From the IMG/VR virus record IMGVR_UViG_3300028364_000013: DNA of 64,000 bases, one strand, 5' to 3'. Of this stretch, positions 10,979 to 20,919 are shown one piece after another (the first letter of the stretch is position 1; each line of letters begins with the position of its first letter). The DNA comes from a virus (Duplodnaviria; Caudoviricetes). The notes under the pieces were generated by a model. It saw only the letters and a list, made by a program, of their open reading frames with translations. It did not search any database and was not told the origin of the DNA. A program made the position numbers and the translations under genes.

Positions 10979-13618
10979 TAATATCTTTTTTCTATTTCGA
11001 TTGACATTAGCTTAATCCAAGTTTTTCTAACCTCAGTCTGCTCTTTCTTTTTAAGAAATTCTACTGTATTGATTAAGTGGATTCCAGACATCTTAGATAA
11101 TAATATATCTCCATCAAATTGAGTAGGCCACTTTAGTGAACCCATCATATAAGATTTATCCATATTCTCAACAGCCTCTCTCTCGAAATGTCTGTGAGCT
11201 TCCATTTCAACCTCTTGCTCCATAGCAAGGTCCATATAGTAGTCTGCCATGTCACCCATTATACTAAGCTTCTTTTATTTTTGGCAAGAGCTGAGATTAA
11301 TTGAACTGCTTTAATTTCGGATAATTCACGCTCAAAAGCTTTATCATCAGCAATCTCAGCTGCTTCAAGTTCAGCAAATTCTCTTTCAATTGAAGTCATA
11401 CCAGACTTCAACTTTTCTGCAATTGCTAAATTAACTTTCTTTTTAGACTTTTTGTTATCAAGCTTTAACTTGCTAACTCCAGTCTTGTCTGCAACTTTTT
11501 TGATTACATCACCTGGCGCTCTGTGAGCAAAGTTCATTACTTTGTCAACTCCTTGTACAAACTTTGTATTAAATACAGCTGTAGCTACTTTTCTAATTCC
11601 TAATCGTTTCATATTATGTTGTTTTTAAATAAATTCAATTGCATTTTTACTAACCCACCTCATTATGTCATCATCAGACATTTTTTCAGAATAACCAGGA
11701 TATTTGTCTGTAACATTATAAGCTTCGTATTCTTTAATCCAAGCTCCAGATTCATTATATATATCTCCAAAATCAATCGTCTGTTCAACTCTAATTACAA
11801 ACTGCTTTGTAAATAAAAACAAAGTTCTATCAGATTCAGGACCATACATGGAGTCATCAATTAAGAATAAATCATTCTCATTAAAAATATCTTCCATTGA
11901 CGAATCAATGCCTATTCCATTTTCATATAGTCCATTGACTAATTTATATAAGTCTCTTCCTGGCAGCATTTACTTATCGTATTTAGATATGTTCTCTTGA
12001 ACGATTACAATATCAGAAGACTCGATTTCATAACGAACTTCCCACATATCATCTGGTGTAACATTTGGAGTCTTTCCATATGTTTCTTTGCAACACCCCT
12101 TAAGAGTGCTCCAAGAAGATGAAACAGCTTTAATTTTTCTTGTGTCTGGTAAACCGTCTCCTCCTGGGTTCGGGTCTATTTCTACTAGTTGTAATTGTGT
12201 CATATCTTTTTATACGTAATTAATTTAATTTTGTTTCATTTTTATAGGACTTCCATTTTTATCACACTCTAAAATAAAAGGACCAAGTGTTCCATTTGCA
12301 TATTGATGTTTATCACAATAAGTGCATTTATATTCCCAAATACCAGGAACAACACCTTCAGCCCCAGACTCTTTGTTTATATATGAATCAGAATGACTAA
12401 GCTCATTTCCGCAGTCACAGAAATACAAAGACCTCCAAGGCCCATCAACATTTTCAATCCTGTCTCCAATTTTAAACCCTGAATCTTTAATCCAAGTTCC
12501 ATTTATCTTGTAGTATAAATTATTTGAAAAAATTTCTCTATACCACTTATGTTGCCTAAGGTAATTTAACATTATACTTCTTCTTTTGGAAATTCTGAAT
12601 TCATTTTAAATCTATCCCAATCTTTGATGTCTTCGCAAATGATATTTTGAATCTCTGGGTATTGCTTAAATAGATTTGTGCCTCTTGATAACATTCTAAT
12701 AGATTCCTTCTTAATAATGGCTTGTTGGTATCTACTCCAATCCATTTCACCTTCATAGATTTGCTTACCACATTCATCAATAGGTTTTCCAGAGTACCAT
12801 CCACCATCAACGCCTTCTCTAATTTTAATAACACCACGACACCAAGTCATTGTGTATTCTTTTCCGTTGGGAAGAAGATAAGTACCATCTCTATAGTTTG
12901 GCTCTTTGTCGATTCCTTTTGCAGAAGTTCCAACACAACTCATACTTTGAAGGTCTGGTTGGTAGTCGTAAAGAATCTCATTAAGTAAAATGTCAACCAC
13001 CTCTTGGTCTGTGAGTTCTCTTAGCTCATAATCATAAGCTTGGTAGTGGTCACTGTTCATAACTGTACCAGCATATAAGCAGTCTTCCCAGAATTTGAAA
13101 CTTTCTATTGACGAGCGTACATTATTTGTGTAGTGCATGTGTCCATAAAGTCTGTCTTTATTTCCATTTTTATCTTGACTTCTATAGTAGTCTTCAATAA
13201 TATCAAAAACTATATTTTTACCTTTCAGTACACCAAAGCCAATAAGTTCATCAGATGTGTATTCTTCTTCGTTTCCTTCAACATCCTTTACTGTACATTT
13301 ACTTTCGTAATTACCAGGATTAGAAACTTTAACTAATACATCTTTTTTAATATTTCCTTTTGCGACTCTCGTCTTGAACTCTGTTCCGTAATTTAAACTT
13401 ATCATATATTAAGTGTTTGATACTATTTTGAAATTATTCTCGACAAAAGTATTACATTCGCTCTCATCTTTACTGTTGTAGTGGATTACACCACCTTTCC
13501 AGTTATATGGCTCAGCATATATACCAGCAAATGCATTTCTATTCAAATGCTTTATATCTCGAACTAGACGTTCTATGGTATAAAGCTTTTTATTCTCTAT
13601 GTTTCTGTAGATATTCAT

Positions 13619-14194
13619 CTATTTCCACTGATTATAATCGTCAATACAACATTTCTTAAGTTTCTTATCACTACCACAAGGACACTTGTCATTTCTGCTA
13701 AGGTCTGTTATATATGGTAATTCAGATACAAGCTTTATAACTTCTTCGACACCATTGATGTGATTAAGTTCATGCTGCCAAACTTGTGCTTGAAAGCCTG
13801 TGTGAGTTTCTTTGTGAAGTTCTCCGTCTGGAGTATAGAATTCTACATCTACGTGATAATATCTATCAGCAACCACAGTCATCCCTGGAACACCTTTCCA
13901 AGTTAAGCACCCTTCAAACTTCACAAGCTTGATTCCGTAGTACTTTGTAATCTTTGGGTCAATAGCTATAACTGTATCATTTGTGCCAGATGTTTTAACA
14001 GCAACCATTCTTAGATTAAATCTTTCACCATCTAGGCTGCATTGATTAGCTGCAAGTCCAACACCATCTCTTCTTGAGATAGCATACTCCTTGAAGGTTT
14101 CAATTTCTTCCTTGTGCTCTTCTATAAATTTAGAAACATCCTTAATCTCTGGTGTGATTGGTGTTTGCTCGTCAATTATTACATCAAATTCCAT
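13619..14194 (-). CDS. def: Peptide deformylase with C-terminal SEC-C motif
   Basis: GVGLAANQ, EGCLT and QHELNH motifs; RNDKCPCGSDKKLKKCC. Confidence 0.95.
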   Translation of the reverse strand: MEFDVIIDEQTPITPEIKDVSKFIEEHKEEIETFKEYAISRRDGVGLAANQCSLDGERFNLRMVAVKTSGTNDTVIAIDPKITKYYGIKLVKFEGCLTWKGVPGMTVVADRYYHVDVEFYTPDGELHKETHTGFQAQVWQHELNHINGVEEVIKLVSELPYITDLSRNDKCPCGSDKKLKKCCIDDYNQWK

Positions 14195-14542
14195 AACTCT
14201 TTATACGATATAAATAGAGAAATGTTCTATTAATCTACATAATAATCAACACAAGCTTTTCTTGCCTTGACAACACACTCTTGATATTCTTCTTCAGTGA
14301 TACCATAGTTATCAGCTCCACCATCATTCAATAGGTCGTGAAGCCCCATCATAGGAATCTCTCTATCAGATAATTCGTACACGTTTCTTACATGCCCATG
14401 GAAATGTCCATCAAATTCTTTATACTCTTCAAGAGCTTTGTCGATGTCTCCACCATGCTTCTGTACAAGCAACTTGCAAACTGAGTTTACGAAATCACTT
14501 CTTTCATCCAAGCTATCTCCTGGTGCGTCAAAATTAAACATA

Positions 14543-14962
14543 TTATTTTCGTCTTACGTTTCCACTGATTGTGTTAACATCACCTTCGACATCTCCACAT
14601 TTTACATTTCCAGATGAAGTCTGAATGCTTCCGCTTACATCTCCTTCAACCTCTACATCTCCAGAAGAACATTGAATTCCTGCAAGAACGTTACCAGCAA
14701 CCTCTACATCTCCAGAAGAAGTTGATAGGTCTGTAACATCTCCAGACACAGTTATTGTATTGCAACCAGGTGCTTTAAGTTTTTCTACATTTCCTTCTAT
14801 TGAAATATTAATTTCCTTTGCATCTCCAGTATCTTGTTTCTTACCATTGATGAATACCTCACCGTTTATGATAGAGACAGAACCCACTCCGCTGGTGGTA
14901 ATTGTCTTACCATTTATAGTTACTTTATTCATTCCGATATTTTTAAAAAGTTTTTTAAACAT
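14543..14962 (-). CDS. Beta-helix repeat protein (DUF4097/adhesin-like)
   Basis: Tandem SSGDVEVxG / TSSGNV repeats. Confidence 0.6.
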   Translation of the reverse strand: MFKKLFKNIGMNKVTINGKTITTSGVGSVSIINGEVFINGKKQDTGDAKEINISIEGNVEKLKAPGCNTITVSGDVTDLSTSSGDVEVAGNVLAGIQCSSGDVEVEGDVSGSIQTSSGNVKCGDVEGDVNTISGNVRRK

Positions 14963-15031
14963 AATTCAATTAATTATACGAAAATTATCCCTTTTTGTTT
15001 CATATTTATTAATAAACCTAATATAATTAAC

Positions 15032-16012
15032 ATGAAAAAAGGAGATAAAGGCGCAAAAGTAAAAGAGTTACAAGCGTTACTAAAAGGAAAAGGCTTCTAC
15101 AGCGGAGCTATTGATGGGGACTTCGGACCAAACACTGATAAGTGGGTTAAGAAATTTCAAGCAAGCAAAGGGCTTGTGGCTGATGGTATTGTAGGAAAGA
15201 GAACTTACAGACACCTTCTTGAAGGAGTTGACACAGACAGAACTGGATTTGATGAGAATGCAACTGACACAGACAACAAAGTCGAAATGCTTGGTTCTTA
15301 TGAGACTAAGGAAGGCCTTGTGATTGACAAAGCATACCTTGATACTGATGAGTACGTTAGAGACTATGGAAAAGTAGAGCCAGTTAACCTAATGATTCAC
15401 CACACAGCTGGATGGAACAACCCATATAGCACAGTTAAGAGTTGGAACAAAGATAAAAGAGGTCGTGTTGCAACTCAATATGTAATAGGTGGAACATCAA
15501 TCAAAAAAGGAAAATACGGAGATGACAAGTACAATGGTGTTGTTGTTGAATGTTTTCCAGATAATTATCTTGGATGGCATACAGGTAAAGTAGGTAACTT
15601 TAAAAAGGTATCTAAACTTTCTGCAGGTATTGAAATATGTAATTTCGGTTATGCTGAAAAAAAAGGAGACAAGTATTACAACTATGTAAACGTTGAGGTT
15701 CCTGCAGAGATGGTTTGTGACTTAGGTTATGAATTCAGAGGTCACCAGTACTGGCACAAGTACACTGATGAGCAAATTGAATCACTTAGACTTCTTATCC
15801 TGCACGTCAAAGATATTTATCCAAAGATTAACCTTGAGAACGGTCTTCCAAGATTACTTAAAGAAGGTGTACATCCAAAGGATGCATTTGAGTACAATGA
15901 AAATTGTAACTATGGTCGTGAGCTTGGTGTATGGACACACACAAACATTAGAAAAGACAAATTTGATTGTGCGCCCCAGCCCAAGCTCATAGAAATGCTT
16001 AAATCTTTATAA
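15032..16012 (+). CDS. N-acetylmuramoyl-L-alanine amidase with PG-binding domain (endolysin-like)
   Basis: N-terminal IDGDFGPNT..VKKFQ...GLVADGIVG; MIHHTAG, SAGIEICNFG and HTNIRKDKFD motifs. True start MKKGDKG at 15032. Confidence 0.9.
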   Translation: MKKGDKGAKVKELQALLKGKGFYSGAIDGDFGPNTDKWVKKFQASKGLVADGIVGKRTYRHLLEGVDTDRTGFDENATDTDNKVEMLGSYETKEGLVIDKAYLDTDEYVRDYGKVEPVNLMIHHTAGWNNPYSTVKSWNKDKRGRVATQYVIGGTSIKKGKYGDDKYNGVVVECFPDNYLGWHTGKVGNFKKVSKLSAGIEICNFGYAEKKGDKYYNYVNVEVPAEMVCDLGYEFRGHQYWHKYTDEQIESLRLLILHVKDIYPKINLENGLPRLLKEGVHPKDAFEYNENCNYGRELGVWTHTNIRKDKFDCAPQPKLIEMLKSL

Positions 16013-16734
16013 TGGGGGTCATATACAAAATATCAAATATAATAGATGACAGAGTTTATATTGGTAGTTCTGTCAACTATTCCAGGAGACATAAGGAACA
16101 TCTCAATGACCTAAATAAAGGTAAGCACCACAATGTACACCTTCAAAGGTTTTATAATAAATATGGGCACAAGTCTTTGGTGTTTGATATTATAGAAGAA
16201 TGCGATGATAAAATTATTCTTGAACGTGAACAAAAATTCTTAGATTCAGAACTACACTTATTCAATATAAGTTCAGACGCATCTGCCCCTATGACTGGAA
16301 GGAGTCATTCAAACAAGACAAGGAAACATTTTTCTAATATTAGAGTGGGTGAGGGAAATCCTATGTTTGGCAAAAAGAGAGCAAAACATGTTGTTGAAGC
16401 CATGCAAGAAAACAGATGGGCAAATGGTATGAAGAAAAAAGAAAGAGTCCTCAGAAGAATTAATAGAAAACTAAGAAAAGAAGTTATAATAGAAAAAGAC
16501 AATAAGTCAATAAGATGTCTAAGCACAGCTCATGCATCCAACATAATTGGAGTTGCCAGTACAACCGTTGCAGATGCAATAAGAAGTGGGCGATTAAAAA
16601 GTAAAGGTTGGAACATTATTGTGTGTAATGACAAAAAGTATAGCGAAGAATTTGTTTTAAAGCATATTGAACTTTTTGATGGCATTTCTTTCTATCCTAA
16701 ACCTGAGTTAGTGGAGATGTTAAAGAATTTGTAA
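16012..16734 (+). CDS. GIY-YIG homing endonuclease with NUMOD3-like motifs; C-terminus is a second copy of the amidase tail
   Basis: VIYKISN...RVYIGSS..YSRR; GRSHSNKTR and GEGNPMFGK motifs. Confidence 0.85.
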   Translation: MGVIYKISNIIDDRVYIGSSVNYSRRHKEHLNDLNKGKHHNVHLQRFYNKYGHKSLVFDIIEECDDKIILEREQKFLDSELHLFNISSDASAPMTGRSHSNKTRKHFSNIRVGEGNPMFGKKRAKHVVEAMQENRWANGMKKKERVLRRINRKLRKEVIIEKDNKSIRCLSTAHASNIIGVASTTVADAIRSGRLKSKGWNIIVCNDKKYSEEFVLKHIELFDGISFYPKPELVEMLKNL

Positions 16735-16747
16735 TCTATTTATAAAC

Positions 16748-16999
16748 ATGGAAGATTCTAAACTTAGAAAGATTGTAAGAGAGGTGCTCAAAGAAGAAAT
16801 TGGGCCTGAAATGAGATACGTTGCTACAATGGAATTCTACGTTTGGGCTCACAGTGACTCTGAAGCTCTTGCTCAAGCAAAAGCACAAGCTACTGACTTA
16901 GAGATGAAACATGATAATCGAGCTGCAATCACTGGCATGGTTAAGCAACCACAAGGTGAACTTGGAAATACTCCAGTTGATTTAAACGAAACAAAATAA
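16748..16999 (+). CDS. Hypothetical protein
   Basis: Preceded by TATTTATAA and followed by a terminator. Confidence 0.7.
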   Translation: MEDSKLRKIVREVLKEEIGPEMRYVATMEFYVWAHSDSEALAQAKAQATDLEMKHDNRAAITGMVKQPQGELGNTPVDLNETK

Positions 17000-17003
17000 A
17001 AAG

Positions 17004-17035
17004 AAAAGCCTGCTAAAATTTAGCAGGCTTTTTTT
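17004..17035. terminator. Bidirectional intrinsic terminator
   Basis: AAGCCTGCTAAA/TTTAGCAGGCTT stem flanked by A and T runs between convergent units. Confidence 0.85.
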
Positions 17036-17052
17036 ATAAACAAAAGTAATGC

Positions 17053-17133
17053 TGGCGTGTTCCGCCCGTAGCGTGGTATGGTAAGTTTTAGGCACTTACA
17101 GTTATGGCACTTGTCCATTAGCCAGTGGAACAC
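17053..17133 (-). ncRNA. tRNA-like cloverleaf with encoded 3' G-CCA and degenerate T-arm
   Basis: GTGTTCC/GGAACAC acceptor-like stem; TGGC/GCCA arm; GTAAGT/ACTTAC arm with loop GCCTAAA. Confidence 0.45.
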
Positions 17134-18330
17134 TTTAGTCACAAACCAACATACTTTATATTTCAGTTATTCCTAACTTCTTTTTCATTCTTTCGTTCTC
17201 CACAATCAATCTGTTGATGTCAACTGTGTGAAACTCTAAATAACCATGACCAAATCTACAAATCATATCAACAATTTCGTCATCTGTTTTTAATTGGTAT
17301 CCACCATCTTGTTCGTCTTCTGAATCTTGAAGCTCTTGCCTAATTGTCTTCATTACCAATCTATTTCAAATGAGTCAAAATTTTCACTCACCATCTGCTT
17401 GCAACAATTCATAAAAATTGGGTCAGCTTCAAGGTCGGCAATATATTTTTCCTCTTCCTCTTTACTTTCGAAATAATCTTTTCCTTTTGAAAACGCATAA
17501 GCTTCAAAATCCTCATAATCAAGAAAACTAACGCACCCACGCATGCTGCCAAGGTCCAATTTTTCATCACAATAAGTCCTCGCTGCACCATCAGCAATAA
17601 AATCAAGCTGCCTGGCCTTTCCACTATTTGCCCAAATTATAAACTTATCTCTGAAGTTATCAGCAGAATCCATTAACTCTTTATTTAACCCATCAAGTTC
17701 TTTTTGTCTTGTATTGATTTCGGCCTCTAAGACCTTAACTCTTTCTAATTTCTCTTCTCTTTCCATTATAAACAATATTTTCTTTCTAAACCTTGCGCAT
17801 CCACATACTCTCTAACAGCAGTTTCAACATGACTGGAAATCCAAATCACATCTGTATCTCTTCCTCTGGCAAACTTATCAACAATCTCTTTCTTGGTATA
17901 TTTCTGAGCCTTCTTAAGGTCTGTAACATACCCACTACTATTAAGCCCCCACCAAAGCACAGCATTTCCAACATAGTTTCTTCTATCTTGAACGTAGTAC
18001 ATTTCATCATTTGGAAGAGCTTCAATTTTCTCAATTCTTTTTCGTGCCTCTAATTCATCTTCCATTTTCCATCTCTCAACTTCCTCTCCTTCAAAGTAAA
18101 CAATGTCAGAATATTTAGCTCTCTTGGTTCTCATATCAGTAAACAACAACTCTCTACCAAGAGAGCCTGAGTCCAAGTCATATAGACCATGAGTCTTAGC
18201 TTCACCAACCGTCTTAGCATGAACAACTGGTTGATTATCAATCACATATTCATCATGACTATAATCGTTATAAAGCATGCCTTCATGATATACTTTATAA
18301 GCTTTTGTTATTAAGCTTCCATTTTTAATT

Positions 18331-18900
18331 TCAGTCATTATTTCTCTTATTAAAACATTTTCTACACAAAGGAATATACTCTTTCTTTTCTCCAAGCATT
18401 ACAACTTCTTCGCTTTCTCCAAGTCTATATGAGAAATTAGATAGGCCAGAACAGTCCATACAAATAGCCTTAACCTTTGTTACAAACTCTGCAACAGAAA
18501 GAAGACCAGCCATCGGACCGAAAGGTTGTCCAGAGTAATCCATGTCAAGCCCAGCCACAATCACCCTCTTTCCAGAGTTAGCAAGATGAGTACAAACATC
18601 AACAATGTCATCATCAAAAAATTGCACCTCATCTACTCCGATTACATCATAATCTTCTGCAAGTACAAGTATCTCATGTGATGCGTTTACCACAATCGAA
18701 CCGACTTCGTTCCTGGAGTGACTTACAACTTTGGTATCGCTGTATCTATTGTCAACTTTCGGCTTGAACACTCTGTATGGTTGTCCAGCTATTCTTACTC
18801 TATTAATTCTTCTTATTAGCTCTTCTGTCTTACCAGAGAACATTGAGCCACATACAACTTCTATGTAACCATTATTGTCATTCGATTCTAAAAACATCAA
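18331..18900 (-). CDS. tdk: Thymidine kinase (type II)
   Basis: CGSMFSGKTEEL, VDEVQFF, GLDMDY and CMDC...PLCRKC motifs. Confidence 0.97.
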   Translation of the reverse strand: MMFLESNDNNGYIEVVCGSMFSGKTEELIRRINRVRIAGQPYRVFKPKVDNRYSDTKVVSHSRNEVGSIVVNASHEILVLAEDYDVIGVDEVQFFDDDIVDVCTHLANSGKRVIVAGLDMDYSGQPFGPMAGLLSVAEFVTKVKAICMDCSGLSNFSYRLGESEEVVMLGEKKEYIPLCRKCFNKRNND

Positions 18901-20196
18901 TTATCAATTTCTTTTAGTCTACTCAGATAAGAATCTGGACCAGTATCTCCACTCATATACCACTCAAGCTCCTTAGCTCTCTTAGCACATCTTCTCAAAT
19001 CCTCTACAAGACTATTTACCTCTTTTATTATTATCCCCTTTTGCTCCTCTGTAGCATCCTCAAGTCTATCTTTCTCAATCATCGGTCTTTTTCTGTCAAA
19101 ACCTGCGATAGGAGCAGACCAATCTTCATCCATATACTTTCCATCGTTAACGAATTCTCTTTCTATGTCATATGCAAGCTCTTCAACTCTAAAATGCTTA
19201 TAATCGTAATGTCCTCCACTCATATTTTCTATTTTTAATTAATCCCACCAAGATTCGATGTGAATCTCAATTATTTTGAATAATAACTCTCTTGCTTTAT
19301 CATGCCTGAGTTGACCCATAGTTCTCGATACAAGACTTCTATCTGTATGGTCTACGTTGTATCTGTGTTGATTTTTCTTGATGTAATCAATAGCTCTATT
19401 GTGCCAGATTGGATACTTTTCAAAATACCCATCAAGATTATCTTCAAGTGTGTCTATGTGTATTTCAGATGTATCTGTGCCTTTAATCGGCTCAAATCTC
19501 ATCTCTGTTTTTTGATAGTCGAAATATTCTATATCATATGAATTATCTCCTGTTAATTTATCAATAAGGTCAACGCAAGTTTGCATCCAGAAAACATCAT
19601 ACTTATAATTAACACTTCTTTCGTGCTTATCAATGTATTTTAAAGTATTTTCTAACTTAAACTTTAAAGCAGTGTATATGAATCTATAATCCCAGTCTCT
19701 ATCATTCCAAGCAATCTTTCTCCACTTCAAAAGCGATGGCACTCCTGCTTTAACATTATACCAAATTTTTCCTATCCATGTGTATTTATACCACCTGAAC
19801 CATCTATAGCTTAAAGATGGCTTCCATTTTTTAAATTTCTCAACTTTATCTTCTGATATGTTTAACTTCTTTGCTTTCATAATCTAAAATGGTTATCCTT
19901 AGCAAAGTTTAAAAAATATTGCTTAAGGTTTTTAACTGCAATTTCATAGTCTGGCTTATCGAAGTCTGCGCCAAACCTTTGGTGGTTAGCTTCCTCTTCT
20001 TCTATTTGCTTAATGCCTATGAACAAATCTCTAACAAGCTCTGTTAGCTTATCTTCGAAACTAAACTGCTTTGATTGTGTTGTCTCAATAACTTGACCCT
20101 CCAATTCTCTGCAGTAATCAATCAACTCTTTAACCTCCACGTCTTCCATTAGATTGGGGTTGTTTTTAAATATTTGATTTATTGATTTCATCTATG

Positions 20197-20228
20197 CAAA
20201 TTTAGGCCAAAAAACATTTATAAACAAA
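20197..20228 (-). promoter_or_regulatory. Bacteroidetes housekeeping-sigma-type promoter (TTTG-N20-TAAATTTG); similar -7 boxes near 6655, 35158, 50248 and 63788
   Basis: Matches the established Bacteroidetes -33/-7 consensus (TTTG / TAnnTTTG) directly upstream of 20191. Confidence 0.7.
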
Positions 20229-20256
20229 AAAACTTAACGATTATGTTAAGTTTTTT
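20226..20256. terminator. Intrinsic terminator-like hairpin
   Basis: AAAAAAACTTAAC/GTTAAGTTTTTT inverted repeat. Confidence 0.6.
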
Positions 20257-20595
20257 AAATTTTCTTCTAAAGATTTTATCTTATCTAAAATGTCATGCCT
20301 CTTGTACCCTGGCTTGTTTGGATGTTCTATGTGCTCCTTCAGAATTTCAATCTGGCCTTGGATGAGTCTCTTTTTATTCTGTGACTCAATTGTTACCAGC
20401 ATTTATTTTACCACTGGACTGCTCTCTTTTGCTGTTTTGGCTTGACGAAACATTATCTCTTTGATTTTATCAGAACCACGTTCTTCATAAATCATAACAG
20501 AATCAGGAAGTCCAAAAATAGCTCCCATCTTATTTCTCAGCTTCGCCTCAATGGTTTCATTGTGACATGCCCAGTTTTCTTCTGTCTCTTCCATG

Positions 20596-20919
20596 TTACC
20601 AACTTTCTTCAACATAAATACCAGCCCACTGCTTATCTTCAGAAATATCAATCCTTACTGGATGGCCTATTCCTGATTTTAACCTATCTCTAAGCGCATC
20701 TATGTGTCTTCCAGCTTTGCCAATAAGAAGCCCAGGTCTCTCAAGAGTTATAGTTAAAACATGCTCTTCTTTACCAAGCTTCAAAGAAACATCAGTAATT
20801 AAAAGTGCATGTCTTGTTGTTCCAAGTTCTTCAAAGTGCCAAGCCATTGACCACTTTATTTTCTTCAATATTTCATCTTTCTCTTTGGCAATTGCCAAAC
20901 CTTCTAAAACTTCAATCAT
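20596..20919 (-). CDS. KH-domain protein resembling the ribosomal protein uS3 type-II KH domain
   Basis: ITLERPGLLIGKAGRHIDALR...PVRIDISE. Confidence 0.7.
   Translation of the reverse strand: MIEVLEGLAIAKEKDEILKKIKWSMAWHFEELGTTRHALLITDVSLKLGKEEHVLTITLERPGLLIGKAGRHIDALRDRLKSGIGHPVRIDISEDKQWAGIYVEESW

Larger units (their letters stand above)
6687..13618 (-). other. Array of about 20 small hypothetical CDSs (e.g. 6687-7007, 7318-7554, 7554-7865, 7904-8185, 8547-8798, 8792-9538, 9525-10346, 10978-11259, 11259-11612, 11625-11969, 11970-12203, 12225-12572, 12572-13405, 13409-13618, plus a 49-aa membrane ORF at about 10277-10426)
   Basis: Tightly packed co-oriented ORFs with TAATG/ATGA overlaps; several carry CxxC zinc-ribbon motifs. 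Confidence 0.75.

Noticed and set aside
14640-14725. Direct DNA repeat CAACCTCTACATCTCCAGAAGAA
   Set aside because: Explained by the coding beta-helix repeats of ORF 14543-14962.
16012-16734. Group I intron in the amidase gene
   Set aside because: The amidase has a complete tail and stop before the endonuclease, and no space remains for intron core helices.
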